In this document: in pieces, positions 48,735 to 57,509 of the stretch
How positions within the stretch are numbered: position 1 is the stretch's first letter
Layout: every line of letters begins with the position of its first letter
NCBI GenBank assembly: GCA_963701965.1
Contig: OY969695.1
Coordinates: 544,001-608,000 of the forward strand
Origin: an uncultured Gemmatimonadales bacterium
GTDB lineage: Bacteria; Gemmatimonadota; Gemmatimonadetes; Gemmatimonadales; Gemmatimonadaceae
DNA: 64,000 nucleotides
Direction: 5' to 3'
The notes under the pieces: model-generated
What the model was told of the DNA's origin: nothing
The model's input: only the letters and a program-made list of their open reading frames with translations
The model's database searches: none
Position numbers and translations under genes: made by a program

Positions 48735-50615
48735 TCACCGCCACTCCTCGATTACCCGCCCCGAGAGCTCGGGCCAGTCCCAGATCACCTTCTCGTCGTC
48801 GAGGAAAAACGCGTCGACTTCGGCGGCCGCGGGCGGCGGCACCCGCGCCGCGCCGGGGCCCTCCAGCTCCGTCTGTGCCAGATCGAGCGTCACCGGGACG
48901 CCGGCCATATCGGCCGCCGCCACGAGTCGGCTCGTCAGCCCGGCGATCTCGCGAACGCTCGCGACGGGCCGATCGGCCAGATACATCACGAGCGCGGGCT
49001 CGGGCTCGATATCGACCCGCGCCAGATAGCGGGCGTATAACTTCTCGCGCAGTCCACGGTCCGGCGGCTGAATCACCACCACGAGCCCGCCCTCGAACCG
49101 CGAGCGCAACCGCTCTTCCAAATCCTCCAGCTCTTTGGGCGGACGGTCGCTGGACAGCACGACCTGCTTGCCCTGCGCGTACATATCGTTGAAGACGTGG
49201 AACAGCTCTTCCTGCGTGCGCTCCTTGCCCGCGAGAAAATGCACGTCGTCGATGAGCAACGCGCCCGCGGCCCGGAACCGGGCCCGCCAGCGGTCGACGG
49301 TGCCTTCCTGCAGCGCTTCGATCAGCCCGTCGACGAACTGTTGGGCGCCCAGGCAGGTCGCCAACGGCAGCCCGTTCCCAATGGCGTGCAACAAGTGCGT
49401 CTTGCCCACGCCGCTCGGGCCGTAGATGAAGAGCGGATTGTAGCGGCGGCCGGGATCGGCCACGATCGCGTCCGCCGCGCGCACGGCGAGTTGATTGGCG
49501 GCGCCCACTTCATACTCATCGCGCGTGAACTCCGGCGACGGGCTGGCCGGAGGCATGTCGCCGGCCTTGGCCTTGGCCACCAGCGCTTCGGCGGCGGCGA
49601 CCGCCAGGGGATCGCGAAAGACCTCGTCCCCACCGAGGGCGGCGTCGACTTCGGTGGCTTCGGCTTCCAGCACCCGCAGCTGATCGACGGCGAGCGCATA
49701 CTCGGCCAGCACCGCCTCGACATCGGGCGGCGTGGACGCGCCGAGGAGCCGCTCGAGCTGGACGACGCGATACCCTTCGCCGCGCCAGTAGGCGATACCC
49801 TCGGCCAAACGGACCCGCCACGCGTTCTCGCTCACGACGCGTTGCACGCCCGTCAGGAAGGCGTGATACCCCCCGCCCTCGGCGCCGCCATGCCGCCCGT
49901 TGACCGGGCCGCCGAGGACGAGCGCCACGTCGCCGACCGTCAGCTCGCCGGCCTCCAGCGATTGATGGGCGATGAGCCGGTTGAGCGCGCCCTGCAGCTC
50001 GCGGACGTTGGCGAACGTCATCCGGGCCAGCGCGTCGAGGACCCCGGCGGCGAACCGGACGTCGCGCTCCTCGCACTTGCCGCGGAGAATCGCGACGCGC
50101 GTCTCGTAGTCCGGTGAGCCGATGTCGACGATCAGGCCGCCGGAGAGGCGGGTCAGCAAGCGCTCGTCGACATCGGCGATGTCCGTGGGAGGCCGGTCGC
50201 TGGTCATCACGACCTGGCGGCCGCCACCCTGCAAGGCCATGAACAACCGGAGCATCTCGCTCTGGGTCTCGCGGCGTCCCGTGAGAAACTGGACGTCGTC
50301 CAGCAGCAGCAGATCGACGTGCTGGTAGCGTTGCCGGAAGGGATCGGCCTGCCCGGTGGACACGGCGGCGTGGAGCTGCCGCACGAATTCGTCGAGCGTG
50401 AGATAGTCGACGACGAGCGCCGGTTGCACGGCGAGGGCCTGATGGGCGATCGCGCTCATCAGGTGCGTCTTGCCCAGCCCCGACCCGCTGTAGATGAAGA
50501 GCGGGTTGTACGCGCTGCCGGGCGATTCGGCCACGGCGCGGGCCGCCGCCACGGCCAGCCGGTTGGCCGAGCCGACGACGAAGTTGTCGAACCGGTAGCG
50601 GGCCACGCCGGTCAT
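48735..50615 (-). CDS. Protein with two tandem DnaA/Hda-type AAA+ domains and no DNA-binding domain
   Basis: Module 1: FDNFVVGSANR, YNPLFIYSGSGLGKTHL, LLDDVQF, SDRPP, RLLTRL, NVRELQG. Module 2: YNPLFIYGPSGVGKTHL, LIDDVHF, SDRPP, RLRSRF, SVREIAG. Confidence 0.9.
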   Translation of the reverse strand: MTGVARYRFDNFVVGSANRLAVAAARAVAESPGSAYNPLFIYSGSGLGKTHLMSAIAHQALAVQPALVVDYLTLDEFVRQLHAAVSTGQADPFRQRYQHVDLLLLDDVQFLTGRRETQSEMLRLFMALQGGGRQVVMTSDRPPTDIADVDERLLTRLSGGLIVDIGSPDYETRVAILRGKCEERDVRFAAGVLDALARMTFANVRELQGALNRLIAHQSLEAGELTVGDVALVLGGPVNGRHGGAEGGGYHAFLTGVQRVVSENAWRVRLAEGIAYWRGEGYRVVQLERLLGASTPPDVEAVLAEYALAVDQLRVLEAEATEVDAALGGDEVFRDPLAVAAAEALVAKAKAGDMPPASPSPEFTRDEYEVGAANQLAVRAADAIVADPGRRYNPLFIYGPSGVGKTHLLHAIGNGLPLATCLGAQQFVDGLIEALQEGTVDRWRARFRAAGALLIDDVHFLAGKERTQEELFHVFNDMYAQGKQVVLSSDRPPKELEDLEERLRSRFEGGLVVVIQPPDRGLREKLYARYLARVDIEPEPALVMYLADRPVASVREIAGLTSRLVAAADMAGVPVTLDLAQTELEGPGAARVPPPAAAEVDAFFLDDEKVIWDWPELSGRVIEEWR

Positions 50616-50619
50616 GCGG

Positions 50620-51225
50620 TCAGGCCCGCGCCGGTGCCGGCGCGCTCAGGCGCTTGAGGACCAGCTCCGAGATGCCGCGCAGCGTCTCGAACACGCCGGC
50701 GCCGTGCATGGCATCGGCGGCGTAGTGCGGAACGCCGCGAAAGTTGAGCGCGTCCTCCAGCGTCTCCTCGTCGAGGATGAGATCGCGCGGCAGGTCCTGC
50801 TTGTTGTACTGCAGCACGAGGGGAATGCTGCGGGGATCGACGCCCTGCTCGGCGAGGTTGGCGTGCAGGTCCTGGAGACTCTCGACGTTTTCCTCGAGCT
50901 GCCGGGCCTGGCTGTCGGCCACGAACACGATGCCGTCGGCGCCCTGCAACACCAGCTTCCGCGTCGCCTGATAGTAGATCTGGCCGGGCACGGTATAGAG
51001 CTGGATCTTGGTCGTGAAACCCGAGATCGAACCGAGGTCGAGCGGCAGAAAGTCGAAGAACAGCGTGCGGTCGGTCTGCGTCGCCAACGACACCATCTTG
51101 CCTTTCCGGTCGCCCGGCACCTGCCCGTAGATGTAGTGCAAGTTCGACGTCTTCCCCGACCGTCCGGGGCCGTAGTAGACGATCTTGCAGGTGATCTCGC
51201 GGGTGGCGTAGTTGACGAGCGACAC
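50620..51225 (-). CDS. mglA: MglA-family small GTPase
   Basis: VNYATREITCKIVYYGPGRSGKTSN, TDRTLFFDF, YTVPGQ, QYNKQD; start GTG 51225. Confidence 0.95.
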   Translation of the reverse strand: MSLVNYATREITCKIVYYGPGRSGKTSNLHYIYGQVPGDRKGKMVSLATQTDRTLFFDFLPLDLGSISGFTTKIQLYTVPGQIYYQATRKLVLQGADGIVFVADSQARQLEENVESLQDLHANLAEQGVDPRSIPLVLQYNKQDLPRDLILDEETLEDALNFRGVPHYAADAMHGAGVFETLRGISELVLKRLSAPAPARA

Positions 51226-51230
51226 GGGCG

Positions 51231-51701
51231 TTACCGGCTGAACAGCAGCTTGAGGTTGCGATCGAGCTCGGACTCGAAATTCTCGGCGAGGACATCCAGC
51301 GCATCGCCGGTACTCGCCGGCGCCGCGTCGCCGAGGCGGGTGGTGAACTCGTCGTAATACAGCTGCACCAAGCCCAATGAGCTGGCCTGATCGAAGACCG
51401 TGAGGAAGACGTACGGACCGCGCGGCGTATCGGCGCGGGCCAGGAAAAGCTGCCGCCGGCGGCCGGCGTGATGCAGGCCCGCGAAGGGCCGGCCCTGCAG
51501 CAGCATGCCGAGCTCGGTCGACGAGGCGTGGATGGCCGCCGCCAAGGCGCACGCCGACATGACGTCGACGGCCCGCGCGAATCCGTGCTGCGCGAGCACT
51601 TGGCCACTCGGCGTCAGCAGCAGCGCCAGTACCGCCTGCGCGTCCTCGACGAAACGGCGCAACGGAGCCTCGACCCACCGCTCGACGACGGCCATCGTCA
51701 T
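51231..51701 (-). CDS. mglB: MglB-like Roadblock/LC7 protein with C-terminal helix
   Basis: GQVLAQHG, ALAAA, VFDQASSLGLV and a C-terminal acidic/amphipathic helix, as in MglB; directly upstream of mglA. Confidence 0.75.
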   Translation of the reverse strand: MTMAVVERWVEAPLRRFVEDAQAVLALLLTPSGQVLAQHGFARAVDVMSACALAAAIHASSTELGMLLQGRPFAGLHHAGRRRQLFLARADTPRGPYVFLTVFDQASSLGLVQLYYDEFTTRLGDAAPASTGDALDVLAENFESELDRNLKLLFSR

Positions 51702-52051
51702 GTGGGGAGCCCGGCCACGGCCCGCAACAACTCCACGCGCAACCGCCCGACCCCGACGCGGGTGTCGGTCACCAGGACCACCACGAGGTCATCGCGGCCG
51801 GCCATGCACAGGCGGCCACTGTCGGCGATCAATTCCAGATAGCGCACGCTCCCCAGACCCGCGGCGTCGGACGATTGCCGCGCCCGCCGATACAGCGACG
51901 CGGCCAGGGCGGCGACGACCGGGGACTTCACGGACGTCTGCACGACCGCGTCCACGACGATGCCGTCGTTCTCGCTCACGATGAGACCGCCGAGCACGCC
52001 GCGTTGCCGCGTGAGGTGTTCGAGGCTGGCGATGTACGGGGACGGCGTCAC
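51698..52051 (-). CDS. Roadblock/LC7-domain protein
   Basis: GVLGGLIVSENDGIVV, VAALAASL, GLGSV..LEL.A..G, VGRLRVEL; start GTG 52051. Confidence 0.85.
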   Translation of the reverse strand: MTPSPYIASLEHLTRQRGVLGGLIVSENDGIVVDAVVQTSVKSPVVAALAASLYRRARQSSDAAGLGSVRYLELIADSGRLCMAGRDDLVVVLVTDTRVGVGRLRVELLRAVAGLPT

Positions 52052-52992
52052 GCCAGTCGCTCCATCCACAAGCGGGCCCGCTCCGCCACGCGCTCCAGCG
52101 CGCGGCGCACCAGTCCCGAGGGCACGCTGGGCGCCGCGGCGACCAACGCCAGCCCGTCGTGCGGCGCGGGCGTCATCGCCACGGTGGCCGCCTCGGTCTC
52201 GAAGACGATCGTGCGCCATTCGCCGAGCGGCAAATGCCGCATGGCCCGGCGGGCTTCGTCGCTCACACCCGTCAGCGCCGCACCCACCTCGGCCCCGACG
52301 TCGTGTCCGCCATCCACGACGTACTGTCCGGCCAAGACCAGTCCGTCCTCGTCGAGGAGCAGCGCCGCTTGGTCGGACGTGCCGATCACATCGGCGAAAA
52401 GCTGCCGCGGGTCGTCGGCAAACATGTCGACCGCCGGCGTCTCAGAGCCATCAGATCCGTCGTCATCCGGCCTCACGACCGGGAGCGCGACACCGGCCGG
52501 CGTCGGGACGCCCGCCGCAGGCGTGGTGTCGTCCACCGGGAGCGCCGCGGGCGGCGTCGCGTGCTTGCCATTGGTCGCTGGCGGCGCCAGCTGGTCCCGC
52601 ACGCGCGCCAGCGCGGCGGCGAGCCCTTCGTCTTCGGCACCGGCCACCGCGGCCTGGGCGAGATAGTGCTCGGCGTCGGCGAGCCGACCTTGGCTGAAGC
52701 ACACGAACCCCATGCCCTTGAGCGCCCCAACGTGCCCGGGCGCACAGCGCAGGGACACGTCCCACTCGTCGAGCGCGCGCTCGATCTCTCCGCGATCCAC
52801 GCAGATGCGCGCCAACAAGTCGTGGGCATCGGCGTCGTACGGATGCCGCTCCAGCCCGCGCACCGCCACCCGGAGCGCCAGGTCGACCTGTCCGCTGGTG
52901 CGCAGCGCTTCACCGAGCGGCAAGAAGACCATGCTCGCCGGGTTTCCGGCCAGCTCGTCGCTCCAGCGACGGACGTCGTCAGGCGCCGACAT
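52048..52992 (-). CDS. TPR + Roadblock/LC7 fusion protein
   Basis: N-terminal TPRs (PASMVFLPLGEALR...), Pro/Ala linker, C-terminal Roadblock (LLDEDGLVLAG, LGEWRTIVFE); start ATG 52992. Confidence 0.8.
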   Translation of the reverse strand: MSAPDDVRRWSDELAGNPASMVFLPLGEALRTSGQVDLALRVAVRGLERHPYDADAHDLLARICVDRGEIERALDEWDVSLRCAPGHVGALKGMGFVCFSQGRLADAEHYLAQAAVAGAEDEGLAAALARVRDQLAPPATNGKHATPPAALPVDDTTPAAGVPTPAGVALPVVRPDDDGSDGSETPAVDMFADDPRQLFADVIGTSDQAALLLDEDGLVLAGQYVVDGGHDVGAEVGAALTGVSDEARRAMRHLPLGEWRTIVFETEAATVAMTPAPHDGLALVAAAPSVPSGLVRRALERVAERARLWMERLA

Positions 52993-54127
52993 AACCCTCG
53001 ACGAACCGATCGAGCCTGAGCGCCGATGCGACGGCCTCCCGAATGTCCGGCGCCGTCGGCGCCGTGGGGGCGGTGTCGAGGAACTGCTGCCAGCTGGCCA
53101 CGGCCCCGCGGAAGTCCCCCTGACACAATGCCGCGAGTCCCAGCTCCAGCTGGATGTTCGGATGCGCCGGATCGGCATCCGCCGCCCGCCGCAACTCGTC
53201 GCTGGCCTCGGCGTACCGCCGCATGCGCCGCAGGGCCCGCGCGGCCATGAGCCGGGGCGCCGGCGCCCGCGGGTCCATGGCGATCGCCGACCGTGCCGCG
53301 TGGAGTGCTTCGTCCAACATCCCGGCCCCCAAAGCCACTTCCGCCATCTCCAGATAGACTCCCGAGTCCGGCACGATGGCGGTATTGACCACCGGCGTGA
53401 GCGTGCCGCCGCGCAGCTCGACGACGCCGGTCGTCATCAATCCATAGACCACCTTCGCGATGTCGAACTCGCTGCGCCCCAGGGCGCCCGCGATGCCGCG
53501 CAGGTCATTCACCCCATCGATGATCGCCAGCACCTCCCACTCGCTCGGCAAGAGGTCGAGCTGCGTCGGATGGTCGTCGTGGATCGACGCCAGCACGGGC
53601 ACGACGCCCAGGTGCGGGACCTTGTCGGCGATGCGGCTCCACTCGTCAATGCGCCGCGCGCCTTCCATGAGCAACGACTCGGTCGAGACGTGGACCGCCG
53701 CCTCCAGCTCCACGCTGCCGACGTCCCGCTCCTCGAAGGAGAAGAACCCCTCGCGCCAGGACATGAGCTCGAACACCACCGTCTCGATCTGGAGGCGCAC
53801 CTGCCGCTCCAGCTCCCGCGTGCTGATGGCGCCGATGGCGACCAGGATGTCGCCAATGCGCCGGGCGCCGTTCTCCTGTTCCTGCATCTCCCGCGCCTTG
53901 CCCAGATCGCGTTCGCTGACGCGGCCCGCGCGCACCAGCATGGCGCCCAGGGGGTTGGGACTGGACCGGATCTGCGCCGAGATCACGCGGCCCCGGTCGA
54001 ACTGCACCGCGCCCTCGTTGTCCCGGAACGCGGACGTCACGCGCAGCGCGCCCGTCTTCCGGCTCAGGTCGAGCAACTGGAAGACATCGTGGATGCTGAG
54101 TTCCCGGAGCGGTCCTTCGATCGCCAT
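52979..54127 (-). CDS. DUF4388 + degenerate MshEN-like motif + TPR protein
   Basis: MAIEGPL..IHDVFQLL..RKTG, LLMEGARRIDE, C-terminal TPRs; paralog of 47117-48733. Confidence 0.85.
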   Translation of the reverse strand: MAIEGPLRELSIHDVFQLLDLSRKTGALRVTSAFRDNEGAVQFDRGRVISAQIRSSPNPLGAMLVRAGRVSERDLGKAREMQEQENGARRIGDILVAIGAISTRELERQVRLQIETVVFELMSWREGFFSFEERDVGSVELEAAVHVSTESLLMEGARRIDEWSRIADKVPHLGVVPVLASIHDDHPTQLDLLPSEWEVLAIIDGVNDLRGIAGALGRSEFDIAKVVYGLMTTGVVELRGGTLTPVVNTAIVPDSGVYLEMAEVALGAGMLDEALHAARSAIAMDPRAPAPRLMAARALRRMRRYAEASDELRRAADADPAHPNIQLELGLAALCQGDFRGAVASWQQFLDTAPTAPTAPDIREAVASALRLDRFVEGYVGA

Positions 54128-54130
54128 CGC

Positions 54131-56858
54131 TCAGCGCCCTCCCGCCGCGACCGCGGCGCCGCCGCTGGGGCGCCGGCCATTGGTGAAGATCTGCGCCAGA
54201 TCGGCCGCGGTGCGGCCATCGCGCCGGGCCCGCCGGCCGTACGTTCCCTCCGGCTCCAGCGCCACCACCTGATCCCAACGCTCGATCGCTTCCCGGAACC
54301 GGTGCTGCTCGGCCAAGAGCGCGCCCTCGTAGTACAGCGCCGCCGGATGCGCCGGATCCATGCGCGTGAGCCGCGCGAAGGCCAGCGCCGCGTCCTTGCG
54401 GCGTCCCATTCTCGAAGAGCAGCTCCCCGAGCGCCAACAGCGCCGCGATCAACGTCGTATCGCGCTCCAGGAGCTCGATGATGACGCGGAGCGCCGCTTC
54501 GCCGCGTCCCGTGCGCCGCCACAAGCCCGCCAGCTCCAGCGACGCGTCGACATAGGTGGGGACGGCGTCCAGCGCCGCCAAGAGCTCGGACTCGGCATCG
54601 CTGTCGTGGCCTTCGGCCACGAGTAGCTTCGCCAGCTCGTATCGCACGATCGCCAAATCCCCGTCCAGGGCCAGCGCGTCGTAGTACGCCGTTTGCGCGC
54701 CTGCCCGGTCACCGCGCGCCCGCAAGACATCGCCGATGCGCTGCGCGATATCGGCGCGCTGCGGCGCGAAGCGCCGCGCGCGGGTGAGTGCTTCCAGCGC
54801 GGCGTCCGGGTCCCCAGCGGCGGAACGGGCGGCGCCGGCCAACAGCAGCGCCTCCGGGTCCTCGGGCGCTCCGGCCAGCACGTCCTCCGCCACGGGGCGG
54901 GCGTCCGCGGCACGGCCGAGCGCGATCAACGCCCGCGCCTCGCCCATCATGGCCCGGGCATGGCGCGCGTCGATCCGGCGCGCCTCCCGATAGCGCTCCA
55001 GCGCCTCGCCGTGCAGACCCTGACGGACGAAGACGTCGCCCATGAGGGTCAGGCCATCGCCGCGATCGCCGCCGCGGAGCAACGCGCGGCTCACTTCGGC
55101 CGCGGCGCGATCGTAGAGCCCCTTCGACAGATAGTCGGACGCCATCGCGTACGCGTGACCCCCGCTCGGCGCCGGCGCCGCGGCCGGCGTGTCGGACGGC
55201 GTCAGGGTTGTGAACAACGAGTCGAGCAGCGCCGCGTCGAACGCGAACTCCTCGATGGGCGCCGACGTTTGCCGCGCGCCGCCCAGGTCGGGCACGATCG
55301 ACAGGTCGGGATCCTCGTACTGCAGATCGATCGCCAGCTCGAATTTCTGCGGCACGTAATACGGATCCAACTCCAACGCCCGTTTCGTCTCCCGCAGCGC
55401 GCTGTCGAAATCGCCCAGGTTGGAGAGGGCAAAGCTCAGATTGTAGTGCGCCTCGGCGAAGTTCGGCCGGCTCTGCGTCGCCCGCGCGAACGCGTTGCGC
55501 GCTTCCTCGAACTTGCGCAGGTCGGTCAGCACGAGCCCCACGCCGTTCCAGGCCACGGCGTGCTCCGGCGCGTCGAGCAGCACCTGACGAAACGCTTCCA
55601 GGCTCTGTTGGAGGCGTTTGCCCTTCATGAAGAGCAGCGCCAGGTTGAGCCGCGCCTTGACGAACGTCGGCGCGACGTCGAGGGCGCGGTGGAACGCCTC
55701 GGCGGCGGCTTCGGCATCGCCGGCGTGATAGTGGGAGACGCCCAGATTGTTCGACGCCAGCGCATACCGGGCATCGGCCTCCAACGCCCGCGCATAGCAG
55801 GACGCGGCATCCGCGTAGCGTCCGTCCTGGTGGAGCGCGACGCCCTTCTCGTTCCAGAGCTTCGGGCTGTCCGGTTGCCCCTCCAGCAGCTGGTCGTAGG
55901 TGGCGACCGCCGCGGCCACGTCTTTGCGGAGGAGATGCACTTCGGCGATCGCCTGCTGGACGAGGGCCGGATCCTCTCCGCGTTCGATCGCCAGTTGATA
56001 CTCGCGCAGCGCCTCGACGTAGTACCCTTTCTGACGAAACGCCAGACCCAGGTTGAAGTGCGCCAGCTGCCCCTCTTCGGCGACCGTCATGCGCTCGACG
56101 TGGGTCGGCCCCGAGATGCGGCGCAGCGCGCTGCCGTTCTCCAGTGTCAGATTGGCTTGGGCCCGCGACAGCGTCGGGTTGAGCCGGACGGCGCGCTTGG
56201 TGGCTTCCCGCGCCTCATCGTGGCGGCCCATGTCCCCGAGGACAAATCCCATGAGATAATGGGCGTCGGGATTGTCCGGGTTGCGCTCGATCGCCCGATG
56301 GAGCGCCGCCAGCGCTTCATCGTTGAGACCCCGGTTATACAGGACCTCGCCGACGTAGAAGTGGATCACCGAGCTGTCGGGGTCCAGCGCGCGGGCCCGC
56401 TCGAACCACTGCTGCGCGTTTTCCAGATCGCCGCTGGCCTTCTCGGCGAGGCCGAGCTGCACGATCGCGCCCAGGTCGTCCGGATGGTGGCGGAGCAGCT
56501 CGTTGAATTCGGTGACCGCGTCGGCCAGCCGGCCCAGGAGCGCGTAGGCCCGGCCCAGTTCCCATCGGGCGTCGCGATCCTCGGGGGCCGCCCGCAAGCG
56601 CTCCCGCAGCTCCCCCACGCGACGGTCGTAGTACCCGGTGTTGAAGTAGGCGATTTCCAGGTTGCGCTGCGCGACCTGCATCTTGTGGTCGAGCTCCAGC
56701 GCCCGCGAAAACGCCTCCACGGCCTCCTCGTGCAGGCCTTTGTGGTAGTACAGCACGCCCAGATTGTTGTGCGCACCCGCATCCGATGGATCAATGCGGC
56801 GCGCGAACGAGCGCAGGACCTCGCGGTCCCGCTCGGACATCAGTGGGGGCGTGCCCAC
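54131..56858 (-). CDS. Large multi-TPR protein (~900 aa); +1 frameshift at ~54409
   Basis: Many canonical TPRs (AHNNLGVLY, AHYLMGFVL, AHFNLGLAF, AHYNLSFAL). Removing one base from CATTC (54407-54411) gives LFEMGRRKDAA and a stop at 54131. Confidence 0.88.
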
Positions 56859-56873
56859 GGTCGGCTCCCGCCC

Positions 56874-57494
56874 CTACGCGACCTTGACGGCGCGCAGAAT
56901 GGCGTGCAGCGAAGCGACGTCCGGCAGGAGGAGGAAGAAGCCCCGCAACCGCTCGTTGAAATCCTGCATGTAGAACTCGCTCTCCACGCAGAACACGTAG
57001 TCCCGGTCGGTGCCAAACTGCAGATACGCCGTCGAGAGCACGGCGCTCGACATGTCGACCGCCAGACTCGGTGGGCTCGGCAACAGCATCAGGCCCATAA
57101 AATCGCTGAGGGCGTTCATGTAGGCCCCACTCAGGATATTGCCCGCCTCTTTGATCGCCGATTGTTCCAGCTCGCCGAGATCGGCATCGGGTTTCGCCTG
57201 GCGGTTCAACATGAGATCCGACAAGCGGAGCGCGGTCGGCCGCGGAAACACGAGCAGCGTACGCCCGGTCAGGTCGCCCAGCATGTTCATGAGCACGGCT
57301 GCCACCGGCTCCTCGGGGCCCGACACCTGCGGGGGCACGTCTTCGAGGCGGGCAATGTTGATCGTCGGCACGCTGATCATGATCGTGTTGCCGGTCATCT
57401 GCGACAACGCCGTGGCCGCGTGGCCCGCGCCGATGTTCGCGACCTCCCGGAGCGCGTCGAGCTGGATCGCCTTCAACGAGCGAATGTCTTCCAT
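56874..57494 (-). CDS. cheC: CheY-P phosphatase CheC
   Basis: Two intact D/S-x3-E-x2-N motifs (DALREVAN, SAIKEAGN). Confidence 0.94.
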   Translation of the reverse strand: MEDIRSLKAIQLDALREVANIGAGHAATALSQMTGNTIMISVPTINIARLEDVPPQVSGPEEPVAAVLMNMLGDLTGRTLLVFPRPTALRLSDLMLNRQAKPDADLGELEQSAIKEAGNILSGAYMNALSDFMGLMLLPSPPSLAVDMSSAVLSTAYLQFGTDRDYVFCVESEFYMQDFNERLRGFFLLLPDVASLHAILRAVKVA

Positions 57495-57509
57495 TGATGC
57501 CTCTATGCC

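Noticed and set aside
48735..50615. Chromosomal replication initiator dnaA, or hda
   Set aside because: It has two AAA+ modules, no domain I or IV and no clamp-binding motif. There is no dnaN/gyrB/rpmH context or adjacent origin-like region.
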